Below are positions 13,916 to 27,000 of a DNA stretch of 64,000 nucleotides, in pieces (the first letter of the stretch is position 1; each line of letters starts with the position of its first letter). The position numbers and the translations under genes were made by a program. The notes under the pieces were generated by a model, which searched no databases, had not been told where the DNA came from, and saw only the letters and a program-made list of their open reading frames with translations. Source of the DNA: Paragordius varius (lineage: Eukaryota; Animalia; Nematomorpha); assembly GCA_964247055.1 (NCBI GenBank), contig OZ176055.1, positions 9,176,001 through 9,240,000 of the forward strand. Direction: 5' to 3'.

Positions 13916-14679
13916 TTAAAATAATAATTTGAATTCTCGTGAAATTTATTAAATTAAACTATCCAAAATTTTCGATACATGGGAGTATCTTTTTCAATGG
14001 ATTAACTACAACAAAAGAAAATAATAATACGATATAATTAAAACATTTGAAAAAAATATAATTATAAATTATGATAACAAAAAAATGCAAAGTGTATGTC
14101 CATGTGTTATTGTTTTTTTCTTGGAGTGGTAATTATTTTAAAGTAATCTGTTTCTTTTAAGAAGTCTTTTGTAACTTTGTTAAGTTCTTTCCTCTCTTCT
14201 CTTCTGTTGATGAGATGTATAATATAGAGCGCTGGACAATCATTACATTTTTTGTGGCAGACGGTACATTCTTTTTTAGTTTCTCGGCGTGGTCTTAAAA
14301 AACTTAATAGATTCTTTGGTGGTTTGTAATAAGCATGTACATCGTTTTCTGTTATAATGTTAATTTTTTTGGATGTATTGTTATAAGTCAGGCACATACA
14401 TCTTTCGGGCGGATTTTGCCTTTCTCTTGGGTTTAATATATTGTTTAATGAAAGAAACAGATTAAAGTATTTACCACTCCAAGAAAAAAACAATAACACA
14501 TAGACACACACTTTGCATTTTTTTGTTATCATAATTTATAATTATATTTTTTCAAATTTTGTTTTAATTATATATTATTTTCTTTTGTTTTAGTTAATCC
14601 ATTTAAAAGATACTCCCATGTATCGAAAATTTTGGATATAATTTAATAAATTTTATGAGAATTCAAATTATTATTTTAA
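13916..14679. mobile_element. Foldback/MITE-like element with ~240-bp inverted arms, bounded by TTAA (copy 1)
   Basis: The left arm TTAAAATAATAATTTGAATTCTC... (13916 to ~14157) is the reverse complement of the right arm (~14451-14679, ...GAGAATTCAAATTATTATTTTAA). The core is ~290 bp. Confidence 0.85.
14107..14532 (-). pseudogene. Cys/His-rich ORF inside the foldback; resembles a piggyBac C-terminal Cys-rich domain remnant
   Basis: Contains HAYYKPP...RPRRETKKECTVCHKKCNDCPALYII. The same segment persists in copy 2 (47783-47977) despite a nearby deletion. The family assignment is from motif resemblance only. Confidence 0.35.
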
Positions 14680-14699
14680 GTTAAATAAATATACCATTA

Positions 14700-15015
14700 T
14701 CCATTTTTTCATCCAACTAGAGTTCGAGAAACATGCCGTTTTCCATTTCTTTATCCAACATAAGTTGGATAAATATTCAAGAGTTGGAAATATACCCCTA
14801 TCTCCATTTCTTCATCCACAAAGAGTAGAAATCCCTTTCTCCATTTCCTCATCCAAGAGTTTATAGAAATATTCCATTCTCCATTTATTTATCCAATAAG
14901 AGTTAGATAGTTGGAGAGATCTCCATTTCTCCCTTTTTTCATCCAACGAGAGTTTAATAGATTTCCAAGAATCTGAGAAATAGCCACTTCTCTTGTTCTT
15001 CAGTCAAACGCAAAG
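14700..15015 (+). repeat. Short block of diverged satellite monomers between the foldback and the array
   Basis: Homologous to 48300-48625; contains TCCAAC..GTTGGA cores. Confidence 0.8.
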
Positions 15016-18000
15016 AAATATCCAATTCTTTTCTTCATCCAACTATAATTGGAGAAATATCCAATTCTTCTTTTCTTCATCCAACTCCAGTTGGAGAAAT
15101 ATCCAATTCTTCATTTCTTCATCCAACTCCAGTTGGAGAAATATCCAATTCTTCTTTTCTTCATTCAACTCCAGTTGGAGAAATATCCAATTCTTCTTTT
15201 CTTCATCCAACTCCAGTTAGAGAAATATCCAATTCTTCATTTCTGCATCCAACTCCAGTTGGAGAAATATCCAATTCTCCATTTCTTCATCCAAATACAG
15301 TTGGAGAAATATCCAATTCTTCTTTTCTTCATCCAACTCCAGTTGAAGAAATATCCAATTCTCCATTTCTTCATCCAAATACAGTTGGAGAAATATCCAA
15401 TTCTTCTTTTCTTCATCCAACTCCAGTTGGAGAAATATCCAATTCTTCATTTCTTCATCCAACTCCAGTTGGAAAAGTATCCAATTCTTCTTTTCTTCAT
15501 CCAACTCCAGTTGGAGAAATATCCAATTCTTCTTTTCTTCATCCAACTCCAGTTGGAGAAATATCCAATTCTCCATTTCTTCATCCAAATACAGTTGGAG
15601 AAATATCCAATTCTTCTTTTCTTCATCCAACTCCAGTTGGAGAAATATCCAATTCTTCATTTCTGCATCCAACTCCAGTTGGAGAAATATCCAATTCTCC
15701 ATTTCTTCATCCAAATACAGTTGGAGAAATATCCAATTCTTCTTTTCTTCATCCAACTCCAGTTGGAGAAATATCCAATTCTTCATTTCTTCATCCAACT
15801 CCAGTTGGAAAAGTATCCAATTCTTCTTTTCTTCATCCAACTCCAGTTGGAGAAATATCCAATTCTTCTTTTCTTCATCCAACTCCAGTTGGAGAAATAT
15901 CCAATTCTCCATTTCTTCATCCAAATACAGTTGGAGAAATATCCAATTCTTCTTTTCTTCATCCAACTCCAGTTGGAGAAATATCCAATTCTTCATTTCT
16001 GCATCCAACTCCAGTTGGAGAAATATCCAATTCTCCATTTCTTCATCCAAATACAGTTGGAGAAATATCCAATTCTTCTTTTCTTCATCCAACTCCAGTT
16101 GGAGAAATATCCAATTCTTCTTTTCTTCATCCAACTCCAGTTGGAGAAATATCCAATTCTCCATTTCTTCATCCAAATACAGTTGGAGAAATATCCAATT
16201 CTTCTTTTCTTCATCCAACTCCAGTTGGAGAAATATCCAATTCTTCATTTCTGCATCCAACTCCAGTTGGAGAAATATCCAATTCTCCATTTCTTCATCC
16301 AAATACAGTTGGAGAAATATCCAATTCTTCTTTTCTTCATCCAACTCCAGTTGGAGAAATATCCAATTCTTCATTTCTTCATCCAACTCCAGTTGGAAAA
16401 GTATCCAATTCTTCTTTTCTTCATCCAACTCCAGTTGGAGAAATATCCAATTCTCCATTTCTTCATCCAAATACAGTTGGAGAAATATCCAATTCTTCTT
16501 TTCTTCATCCAACTCCAGTTGGAGAAATATCCAATTCTTCATTTCTGCATCCAACTCCAGTTGGAGAAATATCCAATTCTTCATTTCTTCATCCAACTCC
16601 AGTTGGAGAAATATCCAATTCTTCTTTTCTTCATCCAACTCCAGTTGGAGAAATATCCAATTCTTCTATTCTTCATCCAACTCCAGTTGGAGAAATATCC
16701 AATTCTTCATTTCTGCATCCAACTCCAGTTGGAGAAATATCCAATTCTTCATTTCTTCATCCAACTCCAGTTGGAGAAATATCCAATTCTTCATTTCTTC
16801 ATCCAACTCCAGTTGGAGAAATATCCAATTCTCCATTTCTTCATCCAAATACAGTTGGAGAAATATCCAATTCTTCTTTTCTTCATCCAACTCCAGTTGG
16901 AGAACAATCTTCATTTCTTCATCCAACTCCAGTTGGAGAAATATCCAATTCTTCTTTTCTTCATCCAACTCCAGTTAGAGAAATATCCAATTCTTCATTT
17001 CTTCATCCAAATACAGTTGGAGAAATATCCAATTCTTCATTTCTTCATCCAACTTCAGTTGGAGAAATATACAATTCTTCATTTCTTCATCCAACTCCAG
17101 TTGGAGAAATATCCAATTCTTCTTTTCTTCATCCAACTCCAGTTGGAGAAATATCCAATTCTTCATTTCTGCATCCAACTCCAGTTGGAGAAATATCCAA
17201 TTCTTCATTTCTTCATCCAACTCCAGTTGGAGAAATATCCAATTCTTCTTTTCTTCATCCAACTCCAGTTGGAGAAATATCCAATTCTTCATTTCTTCAT
17301 CCAACTCCAGTTGGAGAAATATCCAATTCTTCATTTCTTCATCCAACTTCAGTTGGAGAAATATACAATTCTTCATTTCTTCATCCAACTCCAGTTGGAG
17401 AAATATCCAATTCTTCTTTTCTTCATCCAACTCCAGTTGGAGAAATATCCAATTCTTCATTTCTTCATCCAACTCCAGTTGGAAAAGTATCCAATTCTTC
17501 TTTTCTTCATCCAACTCCAGTTGGAGAAATATCCAATTCTTCATTTCTTCATCCAACTCCAGTTGGAAAAGTATCCAATTCTTCTTTTCTTCATCCAACT
17601 CCAGTTGGAGAAATATCCAATTCTTCATTTCTTCATCCAACTCCAGTTGGAGAAATATCCAATTCTTCATTTCTTCATCCAACTCCAGTTGGAAAAGTAT
17701 CCAATTCTTCTTTTCTTCATCCAACTCCAGTTGGAGAAATATCCAATTCTTCTTTTCTTCATCCAACTCCAGTTGGAGAAATATCCAATTCTTCTATTCT
17801 TCATCCAACTCCAGTTGGAGAAATATCCAATTCTTCTTTTCTTCATCCAACTCCAGTTGGAGAAATATCCAATTCTTCATTTCTTCATCCAACTCCAGTT
17901 GGAAAAGTATCCAATTCTTCTTTTCTTCATCCAACTCCAGTTGGAGAAATATCCAATTCTTCATTTCTTCATCCAACTCCAGTTGGAGAAATATCCAATT

Positions 18001-21000
18001 CTTCTATTCTTCATCCAACTCCAGTTGGAGAAATATCCAATTCTTCATTTCTGCATCCAACTCCAGTTGGAGAAATATCCAATTCTTCTTTTCTTCATCC
18101 AACTCCAGTTGGAGAAATATCCAATTCTTCTTTTCTTCATCCAACTCCAGTTGGAGAAATATCCAATTCTTCTTTTCTTCATCCAACTACAGTGGAGAAA
18201 TATCCAATTCTTCTTTTCTTCATCCAACTCCAGTTGGAGAAATATCCAATTCTTCTTTTCTTCATCCAACTACAGTTGGAGAAATATCCAATTCTTCTTT
18301 TCTTCATCCAACTCCAGTTGGAGAAATATCCAATTCTTCTTTTCTTCATCCAACTCCAGTTGGAGAAATATCCGATTCTTCATTTCTTCATCCAACTCCA
18401 GTTGGAGAAATATCCAATTCTTCATTTCTTCATCCAACTCCAGTTGGAGAAATATCCGATTCTTCATTTCCTCATCCAACTCCAGTTGGAGAAACATCCA
18501 ATTCTTCATTTCCTCATCCAACTCCAGTTGGAGAAATATCCGATTCTTCATTTCTTCATCCAACTCCAGTTGGAGAAACATCCAATTCTTCATTTCCTCA
18601 TCCAACTCCAGTTGGAGTAATATCCAATTCTTCATTTCTGCATCCAACTCCAGTTGGAGTAATATCCAATTCTTCATTTCTTCATCCAACTCCAGTTGGA
18701 GTAATATCCAATTCTTCATTTCTTCATCCAACTCCAGTTGGAGAAACATCCAATTCTTCATTTCTGCATCCAACTAGAGTTGGAGAAATATCCGATTCTT
18801 CATTTCTTCATCCAACTCCAGTTGGAGAAACATCCAATTCTTCATTTCCTCATCCAACTCCAGTTGGAGTAATATCCAATTCTTCTTTTCTTCATCCAAC
18901 TCCAGTTGGAGAAATATCCAATTCTTCTTTTCTTCATCCAACTACAGTTGGAGAAATATCCACTTCTTCATTTCTTCATCTAAATCCAGTTGAAGGAATA
19001 TCCAATTCTTCTTTTCTTCATCCAACTCCAGTTGGAGAAATATCCAATTCTTCATTTCTTCATCCAACTCCAGTTGGAGAAATATCCGATTCTTCATTTC
19101 TTCATTCAACTACAGTTGGAGAAATATCCGATTCTTCATTTCTGCATCCAACTAGAGTTGGAGAAATATCCAATTCTTCATTTCTTCATCCAACTCCAGT
19201 TGGAGAAATATCCAATTCTTCATTTCTTCATCCAACTCCAGTTGGAGAAATATCCGATTCTTCATTTCCTCATCCAACTCCAGTTGGAGAAACATCCAAT
19301 TCTTCATTTCCTCATCCAACTCCAGTTGGAGAAATATCCGATTCTTCATTTCTTCATCCAACTCCAGTTGGAGAAACATCCAATTCTTCATTTCCTCATC
19401 CAACTCCAGTTGGAGTAATATCCAATTCTTCATTTCTGCATCCAACTCCAGTTGGAGTAATATCCAATTCTTCATTTCTTCATCCAACTCCAGTTGGAGT
19501 AATATCCAATTCTTCATTTCCTCATCCAACTCCAAATGGAGAAATATCCGATTCTTCATTTCCTCATCCAACTCCAGTTGGAGAAATATCCGATTCTTCT
19601 TTTCTTCATCCAACTACAGTTGGAGAAATATCCACTTCTTCATTTCTTCATCTAAATCCAGTTGAAGGAATATCCAATTCTTCTTTTCTTCATCCAACTC
19701 CAGTTGGAGAAATATCCAATTCTTCTTTTCTTCATCCAACTACAGTTGGAGAAATATCCACTTCTTCATTTCTTCATCTAAATCCAGTTGAAGGAATATC
19801 CAATTCTTCTTTTCTTCATCCAACTCCAGTTGGAGAAATATCCAATTCTTCATTTCTTCATCCAACTCCAGTTGGAGAAATATCCGATTCTTCATTTCTT
19901 CATTCAACTACAGTTGGAGAAATATCCGATTCTTCATTTCTGCATCCAACTAGAGTTGGAGAAATATCCAATTCTTCATTTCTTCATCCAACTCCAGTTG
20001 GAGAAATATCCGATTCTTCATTTCCTCATCCAACTCCAGTTGGAGAAACATCCAATTCTTCATTTCCTCATCCAACTCCAGTTGGAGTAATATCCAATTC
20101 TTCATTTCTGCATCCAACTCCAGTTGGAGTAATATCCAATTCTTCATTTCTTCATCCAACTCCAGTTGGAGTAATATCCAATTCTTCATTTCCTCATCCA
20201 ACTCCAAATGGAGAAATATCCGATTCTTCATTTCCTCATCCAACTCCAGTTGGAGAAATATCCGATTCTTCTTTTCTTCATCCAACTACAGTTGGAGAAA
20301 TATCCACTTCTTCATTTCTTCATCTAAATCCAGTTGAAGGAATATCCAATTCTTCTTTTCTTCATCCAACTCCAGTTGGAGAAATATCCAATTCTTCTTT
20401 TCTTCATCCAACTACAGTTGGAGAAATATCCACTTCTTCATTTCTTCATCTAAATCCAGTTGAAGGAATATCCAATTCTTCTTTTCTTCATCCAACTCCA
20501 GTTGGAGAAATATCCAATTCTTCATTTCTTCATCCAACTCCAGTTGGAGAAATATCCGATTCTTCATTTCTTCATTCAACTACAGTTGGAGAAATATCCG
20601 ATTCTTCATTTCTGCATCCAACTAGAGGAGAAATATCCAATTCTTCATTTCTTCATCCAACTCCAGTTGGAGAAATATCCAATTCTTCATTTCTTCATCC
20701 AACTCCAGTTGGAGAAATATCCGATTCTTCATTTCCTCATCCAACTCCAGTTGGAGAAACATCCAATTCTTCATTTCCTCATCCAACTCCAGTTGGAGAA
20801 ATATCCGATTCTTCATTTCTTCATCCAACTCCAGTTGGAGAAACATCCAATTCTTCATTTCCTCATCCAACTCCAGTTGGAGTAATATCCAATTCTTCAT
20901 TTCTGCATCCAACTCCAGTTGGAGTAATATCCAATTCTTCATTTCTTCATCCAACTCCAGTTGGAGTAATATCCAATTCTTCATTTCTTCATCCAACTCC

Positions 21001-24000
21001 AGTTGGAGAAACATCCAATTCTTCATTTCTGCATCCAACTAGAGTTGGAGAAATATCCGATTCTTCATTTCTTCATCCAACTCCAGTTGGAGAAACATCC
21101 AATTCTTCATTTCCTCATCCAACTCCAGTTGGAGTAATATCCGATTCTTCATTTCCTCATCCAACTCCAAATGGAGAAATATCCGATTCTTCATTTCCTC
21201 ATCCAACTCCAGTTGGAGAAATATCCGATTCTTCATTTCTGCATCCAACTAGAGTTGGAGAAATATCCAATTCTTCATTTCTTCATCCAACTCCAGTTGG
21301 AGTAATATCCAATTCTTCATTTCTTCATCCAACTCCAGTTGGAGTAATATCCAATTCTTCATTTCTGCATCCAACTAGAGTTGGAGAAATATCCAATTCT
21401 TCATTTCTGCATCCAACTAGAGTTGGAGAAATATCCGATTCTTCATTTCTTCATCCAACTCCAGTTGGAGAAACATCCAATTCTTCATTTCCTCATCCAA
21501 CTCCAGTTGGAGTAATATCCGATTCTTCATTTCCTCATCCAACTCCAAATGGAGAAATATCCGATTCTTCATTTCTTCATCCAACTCCAGTTGGAGAAAT
21601 ATCCGATTCTTCATTTCCTCATCCAACTCCAGTTGGAGAAATATCCGATTCTTCATTTCTGCATCCAACTAGAGTTGGAGAAATATCCAATTCTTCATTT
21701 CTTCATCCAACTCCAGTTGGAGAAATATCCGATTCTTCATTTCCTCATCCAACTCCAGTTGGAGAAATATCCGATTCTTCATTTCTTCATCCAACTCCAG
21801 TTGGAGAAATATCCGATTCTTCATTTCTTCATCCAACTACAGTTGGAGAAATATCCGATTCTTCATTTCTGCATCCAACTAGAGTTGAAGAAATATCCGA
21901 TTCTTCATTTCTTCATCCAACTCCAGTTGGAGAAACATCCAATTCTTCATTTCCTCATCCAACTCCAGTTGGAGTAATATCCGATTCTTCATTTCCTCAT
22001 CCAACTCCAGTTGGAGAAATATCCGATTCTTCATTTCCTCATCCAACTCCAAATGGAGAAATATCCGATTCTTCATTTCTTCATCCAACTCCAGTTGGAG
22101 TAATATCCGATTCTTCATTTCTTCATCCAACTACAGTTGGAGAAATATCCGATTCTTCATTTCTGCATCCAACTAGAGTTGGAGAAATATCCGATTCTTC
22201 ATTTCCTCATCCAACTCCAAATGGAGAAATATCCGATTCTTCATTTCTTCATCCAACTCCAGTTGGAGAAATATCCAATTCTTCATTTCTTCATCCAACT
22301 CCAGTTGGAGAAATATCCGATTCTTCATTTCTGCATCCAACTAGAGTTGGAGAAATATCCGATTCTTCATTTCCTCATCCAACTCCAAATGGAGAAATAT
22401 CCGATTCTTCATTTCTTCATCCAACTCCAGTTGGAGAAATATCCAATTCTTCATTTCTTCATCCAACTCCAGTTGGAAAAATATCCAATTCTTCATTTCT
22501 TCATCCAACTCCAGTTGGAGAAATATCCAATTCTTCTTTTCTTCATCCAACTCCAGTTGGAGAAATATCCGATTCTTCATTTCTGCATCCAACTCCAAAT
22601 GGAGAAATATCCGATTCTTCATTTCTTCATCCAACTCCAGTTGGAGAAATATCCAATTCTTCTTTTCTTCATCCAACTCCAGTTGGAGTAATATCCGATT
22701 CTTCATTTCCTCATCCAACTCCAAATGGAGAAATATCCGATTCTTCATTTCTTCATCCAAATACAGTTGGAGAAATATCCAATTCTTCATTTCTTCATCC
22801 AACTCCAGTTGGAGAAATATCCGATTCTTCATTTCTGCATCCAACTCCAAATGGAGAAATATCCAATTCTTCATTTCTTCATCCAACTACAGTTGGAGAA
22901 ATATTCAATTCTTCATTTCTTCATCCAACTACAGTTGGAGAAATATTCAATTCTTCATTTCTTCATCCAACTACAGTTGAAGAAATATCCAATTCTTCTA
23001 TTCTTCATCCAACTACAGTTGGAGAAATATTCAATTCTTCATTTCTTCATCCAACTACAGTTGGAGAAATATTCAATTCTTCATTTCTTCATCCAACTAC
23101 AGTTGGAGAAATATTCAATTCTTCATTTCTTCATCCAACTACAGTTGGAGAAATATTCAATTCTTCATTTCTTCATCCAACTACAGTTGGAGAAATATTC
23201 AATTCTTCATTTCTTCATCCAACTACAGTTGAAGAAATATTCAATTCTTCATTTATTCATCCAACTACAGTTGAAGAAATATCCAATTCTTCATTTCTTC
23301 ATCCAACTACAGTTGAAGAAATATTCAATTCTTCATTTCTTCATCCAACTACAGTTGGAGAAATATTCAATTCTTCATTTCTTCATCCAACTACAGTTGA
23401 AGAAATATCCAATTCTTCTATTCTTCATCCAACTACAGTTGGAGAAATATCCAATTCTTCTATTCTTCATCCAACTACAGTTGGAGAAATATTCAATTCT
23501 TCATTTCTTCATCCAACTCCAGTTGGAGAAATATTCAATTCTTCATTTCTTCATCCAACTACAGTTGGAGAAATATTCAATTCTTCATTTCTTCATCCAA
23601 CTACAGTTGGAGAAATATTCAATTCTTCTATTCTTCATCCAACTACAGTTGGAGAAATATTCAATTCTTCATTTCTTCATCCAACTACAGTTGGAGAAAT
23701 ATCCAATTCTTCTATTCATCCAACTACAGTTGGAGAAATATTCAATTCTTCATTTCTTCATCCAACTCCAGTTGGAGAAATATTCAATTCTTCATTTCTT
23801 CATCCAACTACAGTTGGAGAAATATTCAATTCTTCATTTCTTCATCCAACTCCAGTTGGTGAAATATCCGATTCTTCATTTCCTCATCCAACTCCAAATG
23901 GAGAAATATCCGATTCTTCATTTCTTCATCCAACTCCAGTTGGAGAAATATCCAATTCTTCATTTCTTCATCCAACTCCAGTTGGAGAAATATCCGATTC

Positions 24001-27000
24001 TTCATTTCTGCATCCAACTAGAGTTGGAGAAATATCCGATTCTTCATTTCCTCATCCAACTCCAAATGGAGAAATATCCAATTCTTCATTTCTTCATCCA
24101 ACTACAGTTGGAGAAATATTCAATTCTTCATTTCTTCATCCAACTACAGTTGGAGAAATATTCAATTCTTCATTTCTTCATCCAACTACAGTTGGAGAAA
24201 TATTCAATTCTTCATTTCTTCATCCAACTCCAGTTGGTGAAATATCCAATTCTTCATTTCTTCATCCAACTACAGTTGGAGAAATATTCAATTCTTCAGA
24301 AATATTCAATTCTTCATTTCTTCATCCAACTACAGTTGGAGAAATATTCAATTCTTCATTTCTTCATCCAACTCCAGTTGGTGAAATATCCAATTCTTCA
24401 TTTCTTCATTAAACTACAGTTGGAGAAATATTCAATTCTTCATTTCTTCATCCAACTACAGTTGGAGAAATATTCAATTCTTCATTTCTTCATCCAACTC
24501 CAGTTGGTGAAATATCCAATTCTTCATTTCTTCATCCAACTACAGTTGGAGAAATATTCAATTCTTCATTTCTTCATCCAACTACAGTTGGAGAAATATT
24601 CAATTCTTCATTTCTTCATCCAACTACAGTTGGAGAAATATTCAATTCTTCATTTCTTCATCCAACTACAGTTGGAGAAATATTCAATTCTTCATTTCTT
24701 CATCCAACTCCAGTTGGTGAAATATCCAATTCTTCATTTCTTCATCCAACTACAGTTGGAGAAATATTCAATTCTTCATTTCTTCATCCAACTACAGTTG
24801 GAGAAATATTCAATTCTTCATTTCTTCATCCAACTCCAGTTGGTGAAATATCCAATTCTTCATTTCTTCATCCAACTACAGTTGGAGAAATATTCAATTC
24901 TTCATTTCTTCATCCAACTACAGTTGGAGAAATATTCAATTCTTCATTTCTTCATCCAACTACAGTTGGAGAAATATTCAATTCTTCATTTCTTCATCCA
25001 ACTACAGTTGGAGAAATATCCAATTCTTCATCTCTTCATCCAACTACAGTTGAAGAAATATCCAATTCTTCTATTCTTCATCCAACTCCAGTTGGAGAAA
25101 TATTCAATTCTTCATTTCTTCATCCAACTCCAGTTGGAGAAATATCCAATTCTTCATTTCTTCATCCAACTACAGTTGAAGAAATATCCAATTCTTCTAT
25201 TCTTCATCCAACTACAGTTGGAGAAATATTCAATTCTTCTATTCTTCATCCAACTACAGTTGAAGAAATATTCAATTCTTCATTTCTTCATCCAACTCCA
25301 GTTGGAGAAATATCCAATTCTTCATTTCTTCATCCAACTACAGTTGGAGAAATATCCAATTCTTCTATTCTTCATCCAACTACAGTTGGAGAAATATTCA
25401 ATTCTTCATTTCTTCATCCAACTACAGTTGAAGAAATATTCAATTCTTCATTTCTTGATCCAACTACAGTTGAAGAAATATCCAATTCTTCTATTCTTCA
25501 TCCAACTACAGTTGGAGAAATATCCAATTCTTCTATTCTTCATCCAACTACAGTTGGAGAAATATCCAATTCTTCTATTCTTCATCCAACTACAGTTGGA
25601 GAAATATTCAATTCTTCATTTCTTCATCCAACTCCAGTTGGAGAAATATCCAATTCTCCATTTCTTCATCCAACTCCAGTTGGAGAAATATTCAATTCTT
25701 CATTTCTTCATCCAACTACAGTTGAAGAAATATCCAATTCTTCATTTCTTCATCCAACTCCAGTTGGAGTAATATTCAATTCTTCATTTCTTCATCCAAC
25801 TACAGTTGAAGAAATATCCAATTCTTCATTTCTTCATCCAACTACAGTTGAAGAAATATCCAATTCTTCTATTCTTCATCCAACTACAGTTGGAGAAATA
25901 TTCAATTCTTCATTTCTTCATCCAACTACAGTTGGAGAAATATTCAATTCTTCATTTCTTCATCCAACTACAGTTGAAGAAATATCCAATTCTTCTATTC
26001 TTCATCCAACTACAGTTGGAGAAATATTCAATTCTTCATTTCTTCATCCAACTACAGTTGGAGAAATATCCAATTCTTCATTTCTTCATCCAACTACAGT
26101 TGAAGAAATATCCAATTCTTCTATTCTTCATCCAACTACAGTTGGAGAAATATTCAATTCTTCATTTCTTCATCCAACTCCAGTTGGAGAAATATTCAAT
26201 TCTTCATTTCTTCATCCAACTACAGTTGAAGAAATATCCAATTCTCCATTTCTTCATCCAACTCCAGTTGGAGTAATATTCAATTCTTCATTTCTTCATC
26301 CAACTACAGTTGAAGAAATATCCAATTCTTCATTTCTTCATCCAACTACAGTTGAAGAAATATCCAATTCTTCTATTCTTCATCCAACTACAGTTGGAGA
26401 AATATTCAATTCTTCATTTCTTCATCCAACTACAGTTGGAGAAATATTCAATTCTTCATTTCTTCATCCAACTACAGTTGAAGAAATATCCAATTCTTCT
26501 ATTCTTCATCCAACTACAGTTGGAGAAATATTCAATTCTTCATTTCTTCATCCAACTACAGTTGGAGAAATATTCAATTCTTCATTTCTTCATCCAACTA
26601 CAGTTGGAGAAATATTCAATTCTTCATTTCTTCATCCAACTACAGTTGGAGAAATATTCAATTCTTCATTTCTTCATCCAACTACAGTTGGAGAAATATT
26701 CAATTCTTCATTTCTTCATCCAACTACAGTTGAAGAAATATTCAATTCTTCATTTATTCATCCAACTACAGTTGAAGAAATATCCAATTCTTCATTTCTT
26801 CATCCAACTACAGTTGAAGAAATATTCAATTCTTCATTTCTTCATCCAACTACAGTTGGAGAAATATTCAATTCTTCATTTCTTCATCCAACTACAGTTG
26901 AAGAAATATCCAATTCTTCTATTCTTCATCCAACTACAGTTGGAGAAATATCCAATTCTTCTATTCTTCATCCAACTACAGTTGGAGAAATATTCAATTC

